Both the position numbers and the translations under genes were made by a program. Below the pieces are notes generated by a model. That model was not told the DNA's origin, did not search any database, and saw nothing but the letters and a program-made list of their open reading frames with translations. 52,511 nt of DNA from an uncultured virus (IMG/VR IMGVR_UViG_2061766007_000712) (Duplodnaviria > Heunggongvirae > Uroviricota > Caudoviricetes). The DNA lies in IMG/VR virus record IMGVR_UViG_2061766007_000712; one strand, written 5' to 3'. Below are positions 1 through 10,704 of this stretch, in pieces (the first letter of the stretch is position 1; every line of letters starts with the position of its first letter).

Positions 1-87
1 TTCATATAATTTACCATCATATTTTATTTTTTTAGGTGCTTTACCATCTTTAACCATTCCTAATAATTCATACATTGTTACTACCAT
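1..87 (-). CDS. Partial hypothetical phage protein, homolog of 31677-32024
   Basis: ATG at 87 after GAAGGT; MVVTMYELLGMVKDGKAPKKIKYDG resembles MKIINLLNKIANGEEVPKKIKFNG; runs off the window edge. Confidence 0.6.
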   Translation of the reverse strand, partial: MVVTMYELLGMVKDGKAPKKIKYDGKLYE

Positions 88-259
88 TTATTTACCTTCT
101 TTCAATTTTTTTAATTTATTTAAAATACAATTTATAATGTCAATAGTAGAATTGCTATCATATTTTTTACATTGTATTTTGTATTCTTTTAACCATTTTT
201 CTAATTCATTTACTATGTTATTTGTTTTCATTGCTTCTATTTCTTTTTTATTGTATTCT

Positions 260-460
260 TCATGTAATTTTTCTAANNNNNNNNNNNNNNTTTAACACTT
301 CTTCTTTTGATGATTTTGAAAAAAGTGTTTCTATATACTTTTGATCCCATTGTTTAGGTTTTATTATTTCATTTAGCTTTTCTATTTCTTCATCTTTTGT
401 TTGCATTTCTAGAGATAGTATCAAATCTAAATCTTCTTGACTATAAATTAGTTTTTTCAT
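260..460 (-). CDS. Hypothetical phage protein, interrupted by an N gap
   Basis: ORF abuts the upstream gene; 3' end is uncertain because of the gap at 277-290. Confidence 0.45.
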   Translation of the reverse strand: MKKLIYSQEDLDLILSLEMQTKDEEIEKLNEIIKPKQWDQKYIETLFSKSSKEEVLXXXXXXRKIT

Positions 461-847
461 TTATTCCACCACCTTATATTCCATACTTTCAAATTGCTCG
501 TGTGTTACTATTGATTTAATGTCTTTTTCATAAATGTTTATATGCCCACAAGCATACAAATTATCAAATTCAGTAATATCAGTTTCTAAATATAATACTT
601 TTCCATCTATATTTGTGGCTAATTCTATAATTTTACACCCATTTACATAATCTCCAACTTCTATTAAATCGATAGGTTTTTCTTTTACTAATTTAATATC
701 ATCATCTCCAATAAATCGAATATCATCTAAATAACTTGCTTCAATGCCATATTTCATACAGGGCTCTCTAAATTCATTTATATTTACTATTCTACATATA
801 AAACCACTTTTGGTTCTTATATAATCTCCTATTTTCATTTTATTCAC
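461..847 (-). CDS. Hypothetical phage early protein
   Basis: 128-aa ORF with AGGAG RBS, co-oriented with neighbours. Confidence 0.75.
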   Translation of the reverse strand: MNKMKIGDYIRTKSGFICRIVNINEFREPCMKYGIEASYLDDIRFIGDDDIKLVKEKPIDLIEVGDYVNGCKIIELATNIDGKVLYLETDITEFDNLYACGHINIYEKDIKSIVTHEQFESMEYKVVE

Positions 848-852
848 TCTCC

Positions 853-1062
853 TTAATCTTTTAAATCTTCTTTTATTGAATCATATTTTTTTAAACTTAT
901 AAATTCTTCATCAGTTGTTTTTATCTCTCCACAATTTTTACATATTATATTATACAAATTGAGATAGTCTTGTTTAAGCGTTTTAATTTCTTCTCTTGCA
1001 TAATCTAAAACCACTTTTGTTCTAGCTAATTCTCTCTCTAAATCTTTTTTTAACATTTTCAC
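853..1062 (-). CDS. Hypothetical coiled-coil protein
   Basis: GTGA overlap with the upstream ORF. Confidence 0.65.
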   Translation of the reverse strand: MKMLKKDLERELARTKVVLDYAREEIKTLKQDYLNLYNIICKNCGEIKTTDEEFISLKKYDSIKEDLKD

Positions 1063-1241
1063 TCGTCATCATCTCCAAACATTTCTTCATAATGTTCTTC
1101 TATATATTCATCAATTATTCTATCATCTTCATAATGACTATCATATTCTGGTTCAGTTTCTTCTTCATCTATGAATAGATCATCAGGTGCTTCTGGCATA
1201 CATGGAGAATTATAATCTTGTGTTTCTATCATTTTAATCAA
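1059..1241 (-). CDS. Small acidic hypothetical protein
   Basis: AGGAG RBS; very D/E-rich. Confidence 0.6.
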   Translation of the reverse strand: MIKMIETQDYNSPCMPEAPDDLFIDEEETEPEYDSHYEDDRIIDEYIEEHYEEMFGDDDE

Positions 1242-1437
1242 CTCCTAACTCTCTTAATTGTTCTTCTAATTCTCTTAATTCTTCCGGTTTTAAATGTTTA
1301 ATTGCATATTTCATTGTGTGGTAGTATCTATCTACCCATATTCTTCTTTCATTATTAGCTTTAATATAATATATACTCCCTGCTACTGATAACCCTATGC
1401 AAATTAATGTCATTATCCAAAATGCTATTTCAGTCAT
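1234..1437 (-). CDS. Membrane-anchored hypothetical protein
   Basis: N-terminal hydrophobic helix; GAAGGT RBS. Confidence 0.65.
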   Translation of the reverse strand: MTEIAFWIMTLICIGLSVAGSIYYIKANNERRIWVDRYYHTMKYAIKHLKPEELRELEEQLRELGVD

Positions 1438-1641
1438 TTTATTTACCTTCTTTCTACTTTATTTTTTTTAATGTTTTTGCTTCTTTCAAAAAACTTTCTT
1501 TATTAATTAATTCACTTTCTAAAGTTCCTACTTTTGTGTACCATTCATAATTATCATAAGTGTTATTATCTAAATCAATAACCCATTTACTATTATCTTT
1601 TAATATAACAACCCACCTACCTGAANNNNNNNNNNACTCAT

Positions 1642-1873
1642 CTATTTACCTTCTTCCTTTATTATTTCTTTTAATGTTTTAACTTGTTGTCTTAATCTTT
1701 TGTTTTCTTTCTTTAATCTTTCATTTTCAGTTGGTTCATTTAAGTATCTTATAAAATCTTTATACAAACCATCTTTAATTATTTGTTTTAAATCTTGATT
1801 CTCGTTTTTTAAGACATTATTTTCAGCTAGTAGTCTTATACATAATGATGGTTTCAATGTCTTTTTTAATCTC
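1642..1873 (-). CDS. Hypothetical coiled-coil protein, 5' end in gap
   Basis: Open frame ending ...EEGK; start hidden by the N gap at 1874-1889. Confidence 0.55.
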
Positions 1874-1889
1874 NNNNNNNNNNNNNNNN

Positions 1890-2101
1890 TAATCATTTAA
1901 AATTTCAATATCAGTTCTATCTTCTAAATCTCCATACTTAATTAATAAATAAGTATTTAGTAAGATTACTACTATTGAAGCACCTTTTATGTAGATTTCT
2001 CTTACAATGCTGTCACATTCAACACCACATAGTATTGCAAGTAATGTACTTACTAGCACTAATGTTATTGCAACCCACTTTCTTAATCTTATTCTTTTCA
2101 T
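1890..2101 (-). CDS. Two-TM membrane protein, first early gene (3' end at gap)
   Basis: AAGGAGG RBS; two hydrophobic segments; directly after a sigmaA promoter. Confidence 0.65.
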
Positions 2102-2123
2102 TTTCTTACCTCCTTGTACTTAT

Positions 2124-2152
2124 AATATACTCCACTTGGTGTATAAAGTCAA
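2124..2152 (-). promoter_or_regulatory. sigmaA early promoter with an overlapping palindrome
   Basis: TTGACT-17 bp-TATATT; TATACACCA-AG-TGGAGTATA imperfect inverted repeat covers the spacer and -10. Confidence 0.7.
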
Positions 2153-2177
2153 TACTGAAACATAAAAAAAAGAAAGT

Positions 2178-2429
2178 TTACACTTTCTTTCTTAATTTGT
2201 CTAGGTTGTGAATAATGTCATAAGTACCACCTGCAAGAATTCCGGAAGTCATTACTGCAAATGAGAAATCTTTTGTTATGATCCATTCCACTATTGCAAA
2301 TATTAAACCTACAAGTATATTTTGTATTGGAATTAGTTTATTATTTACAAATGGAACTTTCTTTGCAATAATTCCTAGAACAAATGAAACTACAAATGTT
2401 ACTAATGCTAGAATTTCAGTTGTTTCCAT
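2178..2429 (-). CDS. Holin
   Basis: 83 aa with 2-3 TM helices and a basic C-terminus; adjacent to the endolysin. Confidence 0.8.
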   Translation of the reverse strand: METTEILALVTFVVSFVLGIIAKKVPFVNNKLIPIQNILVGLIFAIVEWIITKDFSFAVMTSGILAGGTYDIIHNLDKLRKKV

Positions 2430-3304
2430 TACTTACCTCCTTTAAATAATTGTACTATGTATTTAAAAAATTGTAAAATGACACTTAAAATTGTTTTTTT
2501 CTCGTTAGGTTCGACCACATTATGCTCTATTTCTTGTTTTTGTGGCTCATTTTGGGCTGTTTGGGTATTGTCAGGTATATTTGTACTCTCTTTCGGTATA
2601 TTCTCTTTTTGAGTATCATTTGTCGTGAATTCAAGTTCTTCTGATTCAGTCCATAGTGGAGTGTCTTTCGTTCTCAAGCTAATTCTTAATGAATATTTGG
2701 TTGCAGGATCAAGTCCTTCTATCGTATTTGTAGTAGGTAGACCTTTCCACTCTTGTTTATTAAGGCTGTATTTAGCATAGTCGAAAGTTCCGTTGTCAGG
2801 TTTGAATGATATTCTTACGGAGTTTTCACTGACTTCTTCTATCTTGAATTCTTCTATTGGTTCAGCATAATAGCCCGGATTAGTGTCAACGTGAATATAA
2901 GCACCCATGTTGCAACGACTTGAGACGTAGTTGTATCCATCCCATATTGTATTGTCATCTATTTTACAATAGCAGTAGTGGACGTTGTATGTCTTTCTTA
3001 ATCGTGTGACTAGGTTCTTGCGATTATTTATGTTTTCAGTATATCCATTGTCTATGTAGAAGTCACAAGCTGAACCAAGCAAGTGTGCTGAATTACTAGC
3101 ACCACCTACACTAGCATTGCAATTTGGACAACGGTAGCCACTTGATATTGTTATGCTTCCAAATTCGTTTCTTAATTTTTGCATAATTTCAAGTAGGGAA
3201 TAGTAAATACCATCCCCCACTGATTTGTGGTTACACATAAATTCTTCTTTTCTAAAGTTAGGGAATCTAGTTCCCCATTCTTCGTCTTTTACGTATTTAA
3301 CCAT
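2429..3304 (-). CDS. Endolysin: peptidase M15 domain plus FN3-like domain
   Basis: SGYRCPNCNASVGGASNSAHLLGSACD...HVD is an M15 Zn-peptidase motif; GLDPATKYSLRISL is FN3-like. Confidence 0.85.
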   Translation of the reverse strand: MVKYVKDEEWGTRFPNFRKEEFMCNHKSVGDGIYYSLLEIMQKLRNEFGSITISSGYRCPNCNASVGGASNSAHLLGSACDFYIDNGYTENINNRKNLVTRLRKTYNVHYCYCKIDDNTIWDGYNYVSSRCNMGAYIHVDTNPGYYAEPIEEFKIEEVSENSVRISFKPDNGTFDYAKYSLNKQEWKGLPTTNTIEGLDPATKYSLRISLRTKDTPLWTESEELEFTTNDTQKENIPKESTNIPDNTQTAQNEPQKQEIEHNVVEPNEKKTILSVILQFFKYIVQLFKGGK

Positions 3305-3321
3305 TATCTATTACCTTCTTC

Positions 3322-4252
3322 CTAGGTTTCTCCTGATTCTATTCCACGTTGAGCTTCTTGAGATGGTATTTGTGGCCATAATGGAAGTTCTGTACTTCTA
3401 TTTTGTACTTTTGAATATTCAAGTACAATTGTTGCTTTAAATGGCAATGCTGGATAATTTGTTCCCACTTGAACGTCTAATCTTGTATTACCTTCAGATA
3501 ATAGTGCTAAAAATGTATCGCTATTACTTTTATAATAAAATGGATATGAAAAATTACCAGAAACAGCACTACCTTCAAGTTTATAAATTCTATCTACATT
3601 ACTAACAAAATTATTAACATAGGTTGATCCAGATGACGTTATATTCAATTCAGCAACTTTTCTATATATAGGTCTGTTATCACTAGTTACACCTACTATT
3701 TCTTCTCCATTTTTTAATACATACATTGGTTGGAATATTGGTTGATTTGCATAAAATCCAATTATGCTTTCTCCAAGATTAGTATTTCTTGATAAAAATT
3801 GTATAAAATTATATGTTAAATCTTCTGGTATTTCTTCTAGGTATTTATTATATGTATATTGAAAATCTGAATAAGTACCTGTGTCAAACCCTGTTTGTGA
3901 ACCTGTANNNNNNNNNNTATACACCCATAATATGTAGTTCCATTGTATTTGAATTTTACTATCATAAATGATTCCTTTATGTAATCAAGTAATGTAGGTA
4001 TGTCGCAATTAAATAATAATGACTTGTATTCCTCTAAAAAGTTTGCGTATGTAAATTGACCTGTTGGAAAGTCTTTCCATTCTTCTATTGTTGGCTGTAC
4101 TTCACTTATGGCTTNNNNNNNNNNNNNNNNNNNNNNNNNNNATTTAAGTCGGTTCCACCTTCAAATTGACTTTGCACAGGGTATTCAGTACCATTGATAT
4201 TTACGTATGGTGCTTTTACTACTTCAGTATCTTGAAAGTTTATTCTTTGCAT
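3322..4252 (-). CDS. Tail fibre/receptor-binding protein, one gene spanning two gaps
   Basis: ATG at 4252 (MQRINFQDTEVVK...) after GGAAGTGA; open frames continue on each side of the gaps into the 200-aa ORF (...RPIYRKV...IVLEYSK); syntenic with 41923-42810. Confidence 0.6.
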
Positions 4253-4443
4253 TCTTTGTCACTTCCTTTCTTTTCCAACGAGTTAACGTACTCTTGAATT
4301 TGCACATTGTCTTGTCTTTGAATTTCGTTGGCAATGCTATTTAGTTCATTTAATAAAACGTATGCTGGTAGTTCTGCTTCATTTATTATTTCGCATAGTT
4401 TATTTTTGAACTCATTAATTTTAATTGTTAAAGGTTTTTCCAT
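4240..4443 (-). CDS. Small tail-module protein
   Basis: Homolog of 42810-43031 (MEKP..IK.....IN..E.PA.VL). Confidence 0.75.
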   Translation of the reverse strand: MEKPLTIKINEFKNKLCEIINEAELPAYVLLNELNSIANEIQRQDNVQIQEYVNSLEKKGSDKECKE

Positions 4444-4465
4444 TTTTTCCTCCTATAATTATCTA

Positions 4466-6279
4466 TTAAGGTGCTACGTAATTCCATGCAACCAAAATCC
4501 CTTTTGAAAATCCTAACTGCCATACTCCACCGTTTTTATCTCTTATATTTATTCCACTTGGTGTGTCTTGTCCAGAATGATAACCTGTACCTGAACCCGG
4601 GTTTCCATAAGTTGATATACTTGTTAGACCTGATATTCCGGAACTTCCACCACAATTTATACCAGCCCAACCTACGTTTAGTCCACTTACACTTGGGTTA
4701 TCAGTCGTTAATCCCATTGTGAAGTAATAGCTTCCTTTATGTATATCAATGCTTCCACCTGTTACTTGAATTTTTGAAGTAACTAGTGATCCGTCATGTC
4801 CTACTCTAAATGGGGCTTGCGAACTTGTATCACTTCCAGCCCAGAAAGCATATTCTTGTCCTGAAGTTGAACACATACCAACTTGGCTACTTCCTGTTCC
4901 ACCTTTTAGTGAGTATTGGTCGATTACAAAGTTTCCGATTTTTCCACCTGTGGCTGTCATGTTTCCATCAGTATCTACTGCGAACTTGCCATTGATAGTA
5001 GTGTATCCCTCAAGTTTTATCTTATTGGCATTTATTGTGATTTCTTCTGGAGATAGGTTGATGGCACTGATTACTTCGTTTCTATTTACTTTCAATTCGA
5101 TTTCAGCAGTTGCTTTATTTACTTTTAATATTGCATTTTTTAAATCATTGTCAGTTAAACTTGCTGTCTTATAATCAGTTTCACTTGTATTTGGTTCTTC
5201 AGTATATGTTTTTTCACTGATTCCACTCGATAAATCAATTATATCATTTAACATTAAGCATTTTCTTTTACCACTTGTTAATGATCTTGCTTTAGCAATT
5301 CCACTTTTTACAATTCCACTCTTTAATGCGTGATAATCTTCACTCAATTCGAAATTATAAAAATCTCCAATGTCTAGGAACATTAAACCTGTTGTTTCAA
5401 CGTCCATTATATAGAATTCTAGTCCTTTTATTTTATTAAATATTNNNNNNNNNNNNNNNNNNNNNNNNNNTCAGTTCCACTTAATAATGGGTTATCACTA
5501 AATTTGATTTCAGTTAGTCCATAAGTAGCTATGCTTGTGTCATCTTTTCTATAAATATTATCAGCACCTTCACTTCTTGAAAGTACCAAACTATTTATTG
5601 GACCATACTTTTTATTAAAATCGACATTTAGATTTGATAAATAATCATTACTGAATGTTTCATTTGTTTCAGTAGGATATTTTATATCAAGTTCATCATC
5701 ATCATTTATTATAAACCAACCCGCAACTACTTGTGCTAAATAATCTAAAATATCTCTATATGTATAACTACCATTTTCGAAATTATCTTGTGAAATTTCT
5801 TTATTATAGTTTATAAATGTACTATTTTCTTTTGCAAATGTTAATCCACATTCTTCAGCAAGTGCTGTTATATATTCTCTAACATTTATAGGAAATATTA
5901 GCCCCACTGGTTTCTTATAATCGACCATTGTAAGCAACATTTTATCATAGCAAGTATATTTATATATTTTTGTATTTATGTCGTATTCTGGCTTGTCTTT
6001 TATTAAATAATTGCCATAATCTAAATATTCATAACTTCCATTTACTAATATTCCACTCTTTAAATTAAAAATTGGGTTATTAGTGATTCTCTCTTTTGTT
6101 TCAAATTCAAATGATTTCATTACGGTTTTAAATAAATCAGCATAAGTTGACTTATTTAAACCATAAATTTCATTTGAAGTTAATGTCTTTGTTACGCCAT
6201 CAATTGTATATTCTATTTTATTGTCAGCTTGTCTTATTCCAACTAAATTGTTTTTAAATGCGTTTGTATGAGTTCTCAT
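4466..6279 (-). CDS. Tail tip/baseplate protein, one gene split by an N gap
   Basis: The 283-aa and 313-aa ORFs align in sequence to the 965-aa protein at 43031-45928; after the gap the frame reads IFNKIKGLEFYIMDVETTG versus ILNRLNGLQYYLNDFSSTG. Confidence 0.75.
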
Positions 6280-6650
6280 AATTTATCATTTCCAACTAAT
6301 TCAAATTGAAATGGCAAGTGTTTATCAATGGCATAATAGTTTAATGCTAAATCTCCTTTGTGTGTTTTTATTGTTTTTCTTATTCCACTTGGATCATCAT
6401 ATACTACGGTTTGTTCAACCGTTCTAAAAATATTATTTGTAAGATAAATTAATTCTTGTTTTGTCAATGGTCGTATCTTTAATGTAAATTTTGGGTATGT
6501 TCCTTTGAATGTTCCTGTAAATTTACCACTATTGGTATTAAAACCAGCGTCACTCGACCAAGTATCATAGAAACCATATAATACTTCAGTCAAGTATTCG
6601 CCAATGCTTATTCCATTTATTATTAAACTATCTTTATCTATCGTAAACAT
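6276..6650 (-). CDS. Distal-tail-like protein
   Basis: Follows the tape measure gene; homolog of 45930-46313. Confidence 0.7.
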   Translation of the reverse strand: MFTIDKDSLIINGISIGEYLTEVLYGFYDTWSSDAGFNTNSGKFTGTFKGTYPKFTLKIRPLTKQELIYLTNNIFRTVEQTVVYDDPSGIRKTIKTHKGDLALNYYAIDKHLPFQFELVGNDKL

Positions 6651-6660
6651 TCTTTACCTC

Positions 6661-8319
6661 CTAACCACCATTTGTTGCAAAATTCTTCTGATTTGCTACT
6701 TTTGAAACTTGTCTTTGAATCAACTTGCCATCAAGATATACATTTGTTACATTACTTCCACCTGTATTTCCATATTTAGCAATTTCACTTGCTAATGTAC
6801 TTAAATATTCAGCGTTCATTGGAACTACTGCTTCAGCATATCCGGCTTCTCCTATTATTGCTCTTGTTGGTTGTGTTACAATTCCACCTGTTGCAAAGTG
6901 ACGACCACCAGTGCTTGAATAAGTGTTTCCAGAATGACCTACAAATTGTTCAGTAGTTTCTAATATTACTTGAATCTTATGTGGTTTTTGAGTTAATCGA
7001 TTAAGTGTTGTTTCTAAATCTTCATAACTTTTTTTAGCAATTAGTCCTTTATCACTTAATTTTTGTAAATCATCAGTCGCAAGTTTATATTCATCAGCTA
7101 ATATTTTTTGTTGTTTTGATAATTCTTTGTTTTTACCTGTCAATTCGCCAACAACGGTTTTTTGACCTTCTAATTTATCTATTTGCTTAACTATATCTTC
7201 TCTTGATTTCTTTAAATAATTAGCATAAACTTCAGTTTGCTCTGCTGTTGCTTTTCCTTCTTGTTGTAATTTCCAATATTGTTCTGATAATTGTTCAGCA
7301 CCTTTTTTATTATCATTCATTAATGTTGTATTGTTCTTTACAACTTCCATTAATTCTTTATATTGATTTATTGTTTCTTGAATTCCTTTAGCAACTAATG
7401 TTATTACATAAACGTCAGCAATTAATAATAATAAACTTGCAAGTCCAGCTAGTCCTTTTCCCACTGCTGTTGCTGTTCCTTTTGTGCCAATTAGTGTTCC
7501 TATGCTAGTTAATAAATTTTTAATTGCTATTGCACCAAATGTGATTCCAAGAGCAATTCCAACTGCTTTTACTAAATCTTCGTTTTGTTTTAACCAATAT
7601 GCTAAATTTTGTAATTTTTGTACTAAACCAGCGTCTAATTGTGGAATATCTATCATTGGACTTGATGATCCTCCACCTCTTGAAGTATCTTGTTGTGTTC
7701 TAATTACGTCAAAATCATATTGTTGAGTTTGTTTATTTAGATTTGCTTGTGCTTTTGCTTGTTTATCTAATGCTTTTGCATTGGCATTTGCTATAAAATC
7801 AACTCCTGTAAGTGCTTTTACGAATACATTGATATATCCTACTGCTTTTAGCATTAAGTCACTTACACGCCTTAATAATGGCTCTAGGAATGAGCCTAAA
7901 CCAACCCATACACTTTGTAATTTTTGTGCAAGTTCAGTGTCTTTTGATAAATATGCACTGCTAGCTTTACTTGCTAGTCCATATAATGAACTTACACCAA
8001 TAATTCCAAGTGCTAATCGTTTTAGTCCTTTTAGATTTATGTCCCAATGTTTAGAACTTTGTTGTTGCATTTTTCTTTGTTGTTCTGATAATCTTAAATA
8101 TTCATTAGAAGTTTTTTCCATTTCAAGTCTTATTCTTTTTAATGCTTCTTCATTTGGTGCAAATTGCTTTCCTGTTTCACGACTTACTTTTTCAGCATTT
8201 TCATATAATTGGTCGTATTCTCTTTGTAATTCTTCCAATTTATCTAATGCTCTTTCTAATTGAGCGTCATAACTTCTAGTATTCATATCTAAATCTATCT
8301 CTAATTTACCTCTATTCAT
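6661..8319 (-). CDS. Tape measure protein (552 aa)
   Basis: Helical, with hydrophobic segments; C-terminal FATGGIVTQPTRAIIGEAG.EAVVP motif; tail-module position. Confidence 0.85.
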   Translation of the reverse strand: MNRGKLEIDLDMNTRSYDAQLERALDKLEELQREYDQLYENAEKVSRETGKQFAPNEEALKRIRLEMEKTSNEYLRLSEQQRKMQQQSSKHWDINLKGLKRLALGIIGVSSLYGLASKASSAYLSKDTELAQKLQSVWVGLGSFLEPLLRRVSDLMLKAVGYINVFVKALTGVDFIANANAKALDKQAKAQANLNKQTQQYDFDVIRTQQDTSRGGGSSSPMIDIPQLDAGLVQKLQNLAYWLKQNEDLVKAVGIALGITFGAIAIKNLLTSIGTLIGTKGTATAVGKGLAGLASLLLLIADVYVITLVAKGIQETINQYKELMEVVKNNTTLMNDNKKGAEQLSEQYWKLQQEGKATAEQTEVYANYLKKSREDIVKQIDKLEGQKTVVGELTGKNKELSKQQKILADEYKLATDDLQKLSDKGLIAKKSYEDLETTLNRLTQKPHKIQVILETTEQFVGHSGNTYSSTGGRHFATGGIVTQPTRAIIGEAGYAEAVVPMNAEYLSTLASEIAKYGNTGGSNVTNVYLDGKLIQRQVSKVANQKNFATNGG

Positions 8320-8324
8320 TCAAT

Positions 8325-8891
8325 TCACTTCCTTTCTATCTTTGCTTGTTTATAGAACTCATTTACACTTCTTTCTTGTTCTTTTGTTCTCTTATGTTCT
8401 TTTGGTTTTAATGCTACTCTTTCTTTTGCTTTTATTAGTCCATTTCTTTTCTTTGCGTCATTTATTTCATTTATGTCCATACTTCTTATTTCTCTGATTC
8501 TACTTAATGCTGTATCTTCAGTTAAATTAGATATTAATTCATTGTATTCGTACCAACTTAATTTATCTATTTCTTCTGGTGTCATTTTATAACATTGTCT
8601 TATGCTTGATCTTATTACTGATTCATCTTGGAAATAGTCCATATCAATTTCATCTTGACTTGTATTTTCTTCACTACCACAACGCAAATATTTGGCAATT
8701 TTATCTTGAAGTAGCATTTCATCTTCTTCTAAAACGTCTGGTCCTAATAATAATGTTTCTATGGCAAAAAAGCGTTCTATTGGTGTTATTTCATCATCAT
8801 TTACTGCTTTTAAACAAGCAAGTGCCACTTTATAATTTGTATTAATTTTATAAATGTGTCCATTTGCTTCCATTTTTGTTGGGTATGCCAT
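8325..8891 (-). CDS. Gp15-family tail assembly protein
   Basis: INTNYK...MDYFQD...LSWYEY...IREIR pattern; lies before the tape measure gene. Confidence 0.75.
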   Translation of the reverse strand: MAYPTKMEANGHIYKINTNYKVALACLKAVNDDEITPIERFFAIETLLLGPDVLEEDEMLLQDKIAKYLRCGSEENTSQDEIDMDYFQDESVIRSSIRQCYKMTPEEIDKLSWYEYNELISNLTEDTALSRIREIRSMDINEINDAKKRNGLIKAKERVALKPKEHKRTKEQERSVNEFYKQAKIERK

Positions 8892-9341
8892 TTATATCAC
8901 TTCTTCATCTTTTGGAAGGTATTTTTCTGCAAGTTTTTCTTTACCTTTTCTTATTTGAAAATTCATTTTCTTAAAATGTGGTTCTAATGCTTCTAATAAT
9001 TTGAAATATTGCTTTTCAGTCTTTCTATTTCCAAATATTTTTTCACAAGTGCCTTCTCCTAAAAAACTATCAAATAATTCTCTTTTCTTTTTATCTACTC
9101 TACTACTTAATTCGATTAATCTTCTTGCTTGTTTTACTGAATTCGTTTCTTCAGTCATTATTCTTTCTTTTTCTTCTTCTTCTTCAAGTGCTAACTTTTC
9201 TAATTCATCTCCTGCACTCATTATTCTTTCAGCAAGTCCAATGTCAGCTAAATCGAATTCAATATAATTACCATTATCATCTATTTCTAATTGATAAAAG
9301 TCATTCTCATCTCTTGTGTTATCTAATACTAATTTTTCCAT
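8892..9341 (-). CDS. Tail assembly chaperone
   Basis: Likely start MEKLVLD at 9341 (AAGGAG RBS); FDSFLGEGTCEKIFG motif; follows the major tail gene. Confidence 0.7.
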   Translation of the reverse strand: MEKLVLDNTRDENDFYQLEIDDNGNYIEFDLADIGLAERIMSAGDELEKLALEEEEEKERIMTEETNSVKQARRLIELSSRVDKKKRELFDSFLGEGTCEKIFGNRKTEKQYFKLLEALEPHFKKMNFQIRKGKEKLAEKYLPKDEEVI

Positions 9342-9361
9342 TTTTCTTCTCCTTTTAAAAT

Positions 9362-9392
9362 AAAAAGGCATAGGTGTTGCCACCTACACCTT
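9362..9392 (-). terminator. Intrinsic terminator after the major tail gene
   Basis: AAGGTGTAGGTG-GCAA-CACCTATGCCTT followed by T tract. Confidence 0.75.
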
Positions 9393-9399
9393 AATAGTG

Positions 9400-9885
9400 T
9401 TATAAACTAACTACTGCACTTGATTCAGTGAATGTAGGAACTCCATCTGTAATTGTTGCAGTACCGATTTTTGGTGTACCATTTACTGCTATTGAATATG
9501 AAATTGTTGCGTCATCTCCTAAAAAGCTACTAATAGTAATTAATACTTTATAAAGTAATGCGTCGTATGAACCACTATTTTCAGTTGTCATATCAATTTC
9601 TAGGAATTCAGTTTCTCCTGCAATACAATGTTTTCTTAAATAGTTTAAATAAGCCCACATAGGATCAGTTTTTTCAATTCTCTTATTTTGAATACTTGAA
9701 GTTATTGAATAACTCTTGAAAGTATTGTTTGCAACGTCATCAAGAATTGATTTGAAAGTATCAATTTCAGAGTTGTAGTCAAGTGCTAATGATTCAACAC
9801 CAATACCTTCAATTGTGAATTCTTCAGTATCTCCACTTAAATGTGTATCTACATAGTGAGCAAAGTCTTTTCTTTTAGCTTGCAT
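9400..9885 (-). CDS. Major tail (tube) protein
   Basis: Tail-module position; homolog of 49337-49831; ends ...AVVSL. Confidence 0.8.
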   Translation of the reverse strand: MQAKRKDFAHYVDTHLSGDTEEFTIEGIGVESLALDYNSEIDTFKSILDDVANNTFKSYSITSSIQNKRIEKTDPMWAYLNYLRKHCIAGETEFLEIDMTTENSGSYDALLYKVLITISSFLGDDATISYSIAVNGTPKIGTATITDGVPTFTESSAVVSL

Positions 9886-9904
9886 ATTCTACCTCCTTCG
9901 TAAT

Positions 9905-10363
9905 TTATAAACTTATTGATGATTCGTGATTACCATCATCATAGTATGTTATTTGTATTTGAATGTCGAATTCTGCTGAATTAGTTTCTGAATTATTCAT
10001 TGTTCCACGATCCAAACATTCAATACTATCTATACCATTTATATCAGGCTTTATGCCTTTGTTATTATTAGATTCGATTATATCTTCAAATTTTTCAAAA
10101 AAACCCATTGTTTTTAGATTTGTTTTGGAATCTTGTCCGTATGGAAGTCGTCCCCTAAATGAGTAAACTTCTTTATAAATTCCACCACCAATTATATATG
10201 GAATAACAACTCTTTCAGTTGGTATTTTATCAAGACTATAATTGTCTATTTTATTTGATAAGAAATTTGCATTGATTTGGTTTACACTTCTAATGTTATT
10301 TATTACTTCGAATAAATAATCTCTTAATTTACCTATTCTAGTATCTTTATAATCTTCTTCCAT
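9905..10363 (-). CDS. Tail terminator/completion protein
   Basis: Immediately upstream of the tail tube gene; homolog of 50022-50483; ends ...SSISL. Confidence 0.7.
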   Translation of the reverse strand: MEEDYKDTRIGKLRDYLFEVINNIRSVNQINANFLSNKIDNYSLDKIPTERVVIPYIIGGGIYKEVYSFRGRLPYGQDSKTNLKTMGFFEKFEDIIESNNNKGIKPDINGIDSIECLDRGTMNNSETNSAEFDIQIQITYYDDGNHESSISL

Positions 10364-10704
10364 CAGTTTCTACCTCCACGTACTATTTCGTTTTTTACTA
10401 CTCTTAATACTTCATCTTTCTTTGCTGTCCACATTCTATAATCCCAATATGGTCCAGTACCTGCTGTTGTATATTTTCTTACAGGTCCTGTTGTGTAACC
10501 AACATATTGAGCATGAGCATAAGGAGATTCATAAACGATTTTTTTGGGGTTACTTAAATCAACATTAGTTCTCAAGTCCCCTTGATCCATTGGAACAAAT
10601 CTATCCATTGCTTTATAACAAGCGTCTTGGAATACTCTTTGTATTCTTCTATTTGGTTCTATTCCAAATTGTCTTTTGATTTCTCTTATATCAATAATTG
10701 ACAT
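10363..10704 (-). CDS. Neck protein ('minor capsid' family)
   Basis: MDRFVPMDQGDLR...YESPYAHAQY...GPYWDYRM motif. Confidence 0.8.
   Translation of the reverse strand: MSIIDIREIKRQFGIEPNRRIQRVFQDACYKAMDRFVPMDQGDLRTNVDLSNPKKIVYESPYAHAQYVGYTTGPVRKYTTAGTGPYWDYRMWTAKKDEVLRVVKNEIVRGGRN

Noticed and set aside
3304..3330. TAG read-through or genetic code 15 (ACC TAG GAA GAA GGT AAT AGA TAA TG)
   Set aside because: Long genes have no internal TAG and other TAG stops abut RBSs normally; there is no suppressor tRNA. At most this is a local nonsense change.
3322..4252. Diversity-generating retroelement target in the tail fibre
   Set aside because: No reverse transcriptase and no template/variable repeat pair was seen in the window.
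5408..5470. Tail protein split into two genes or frameshifted
   Set aside because: The break coincides with an N gap of uncertain length, and the homolog at 43031-45928 is continuous.
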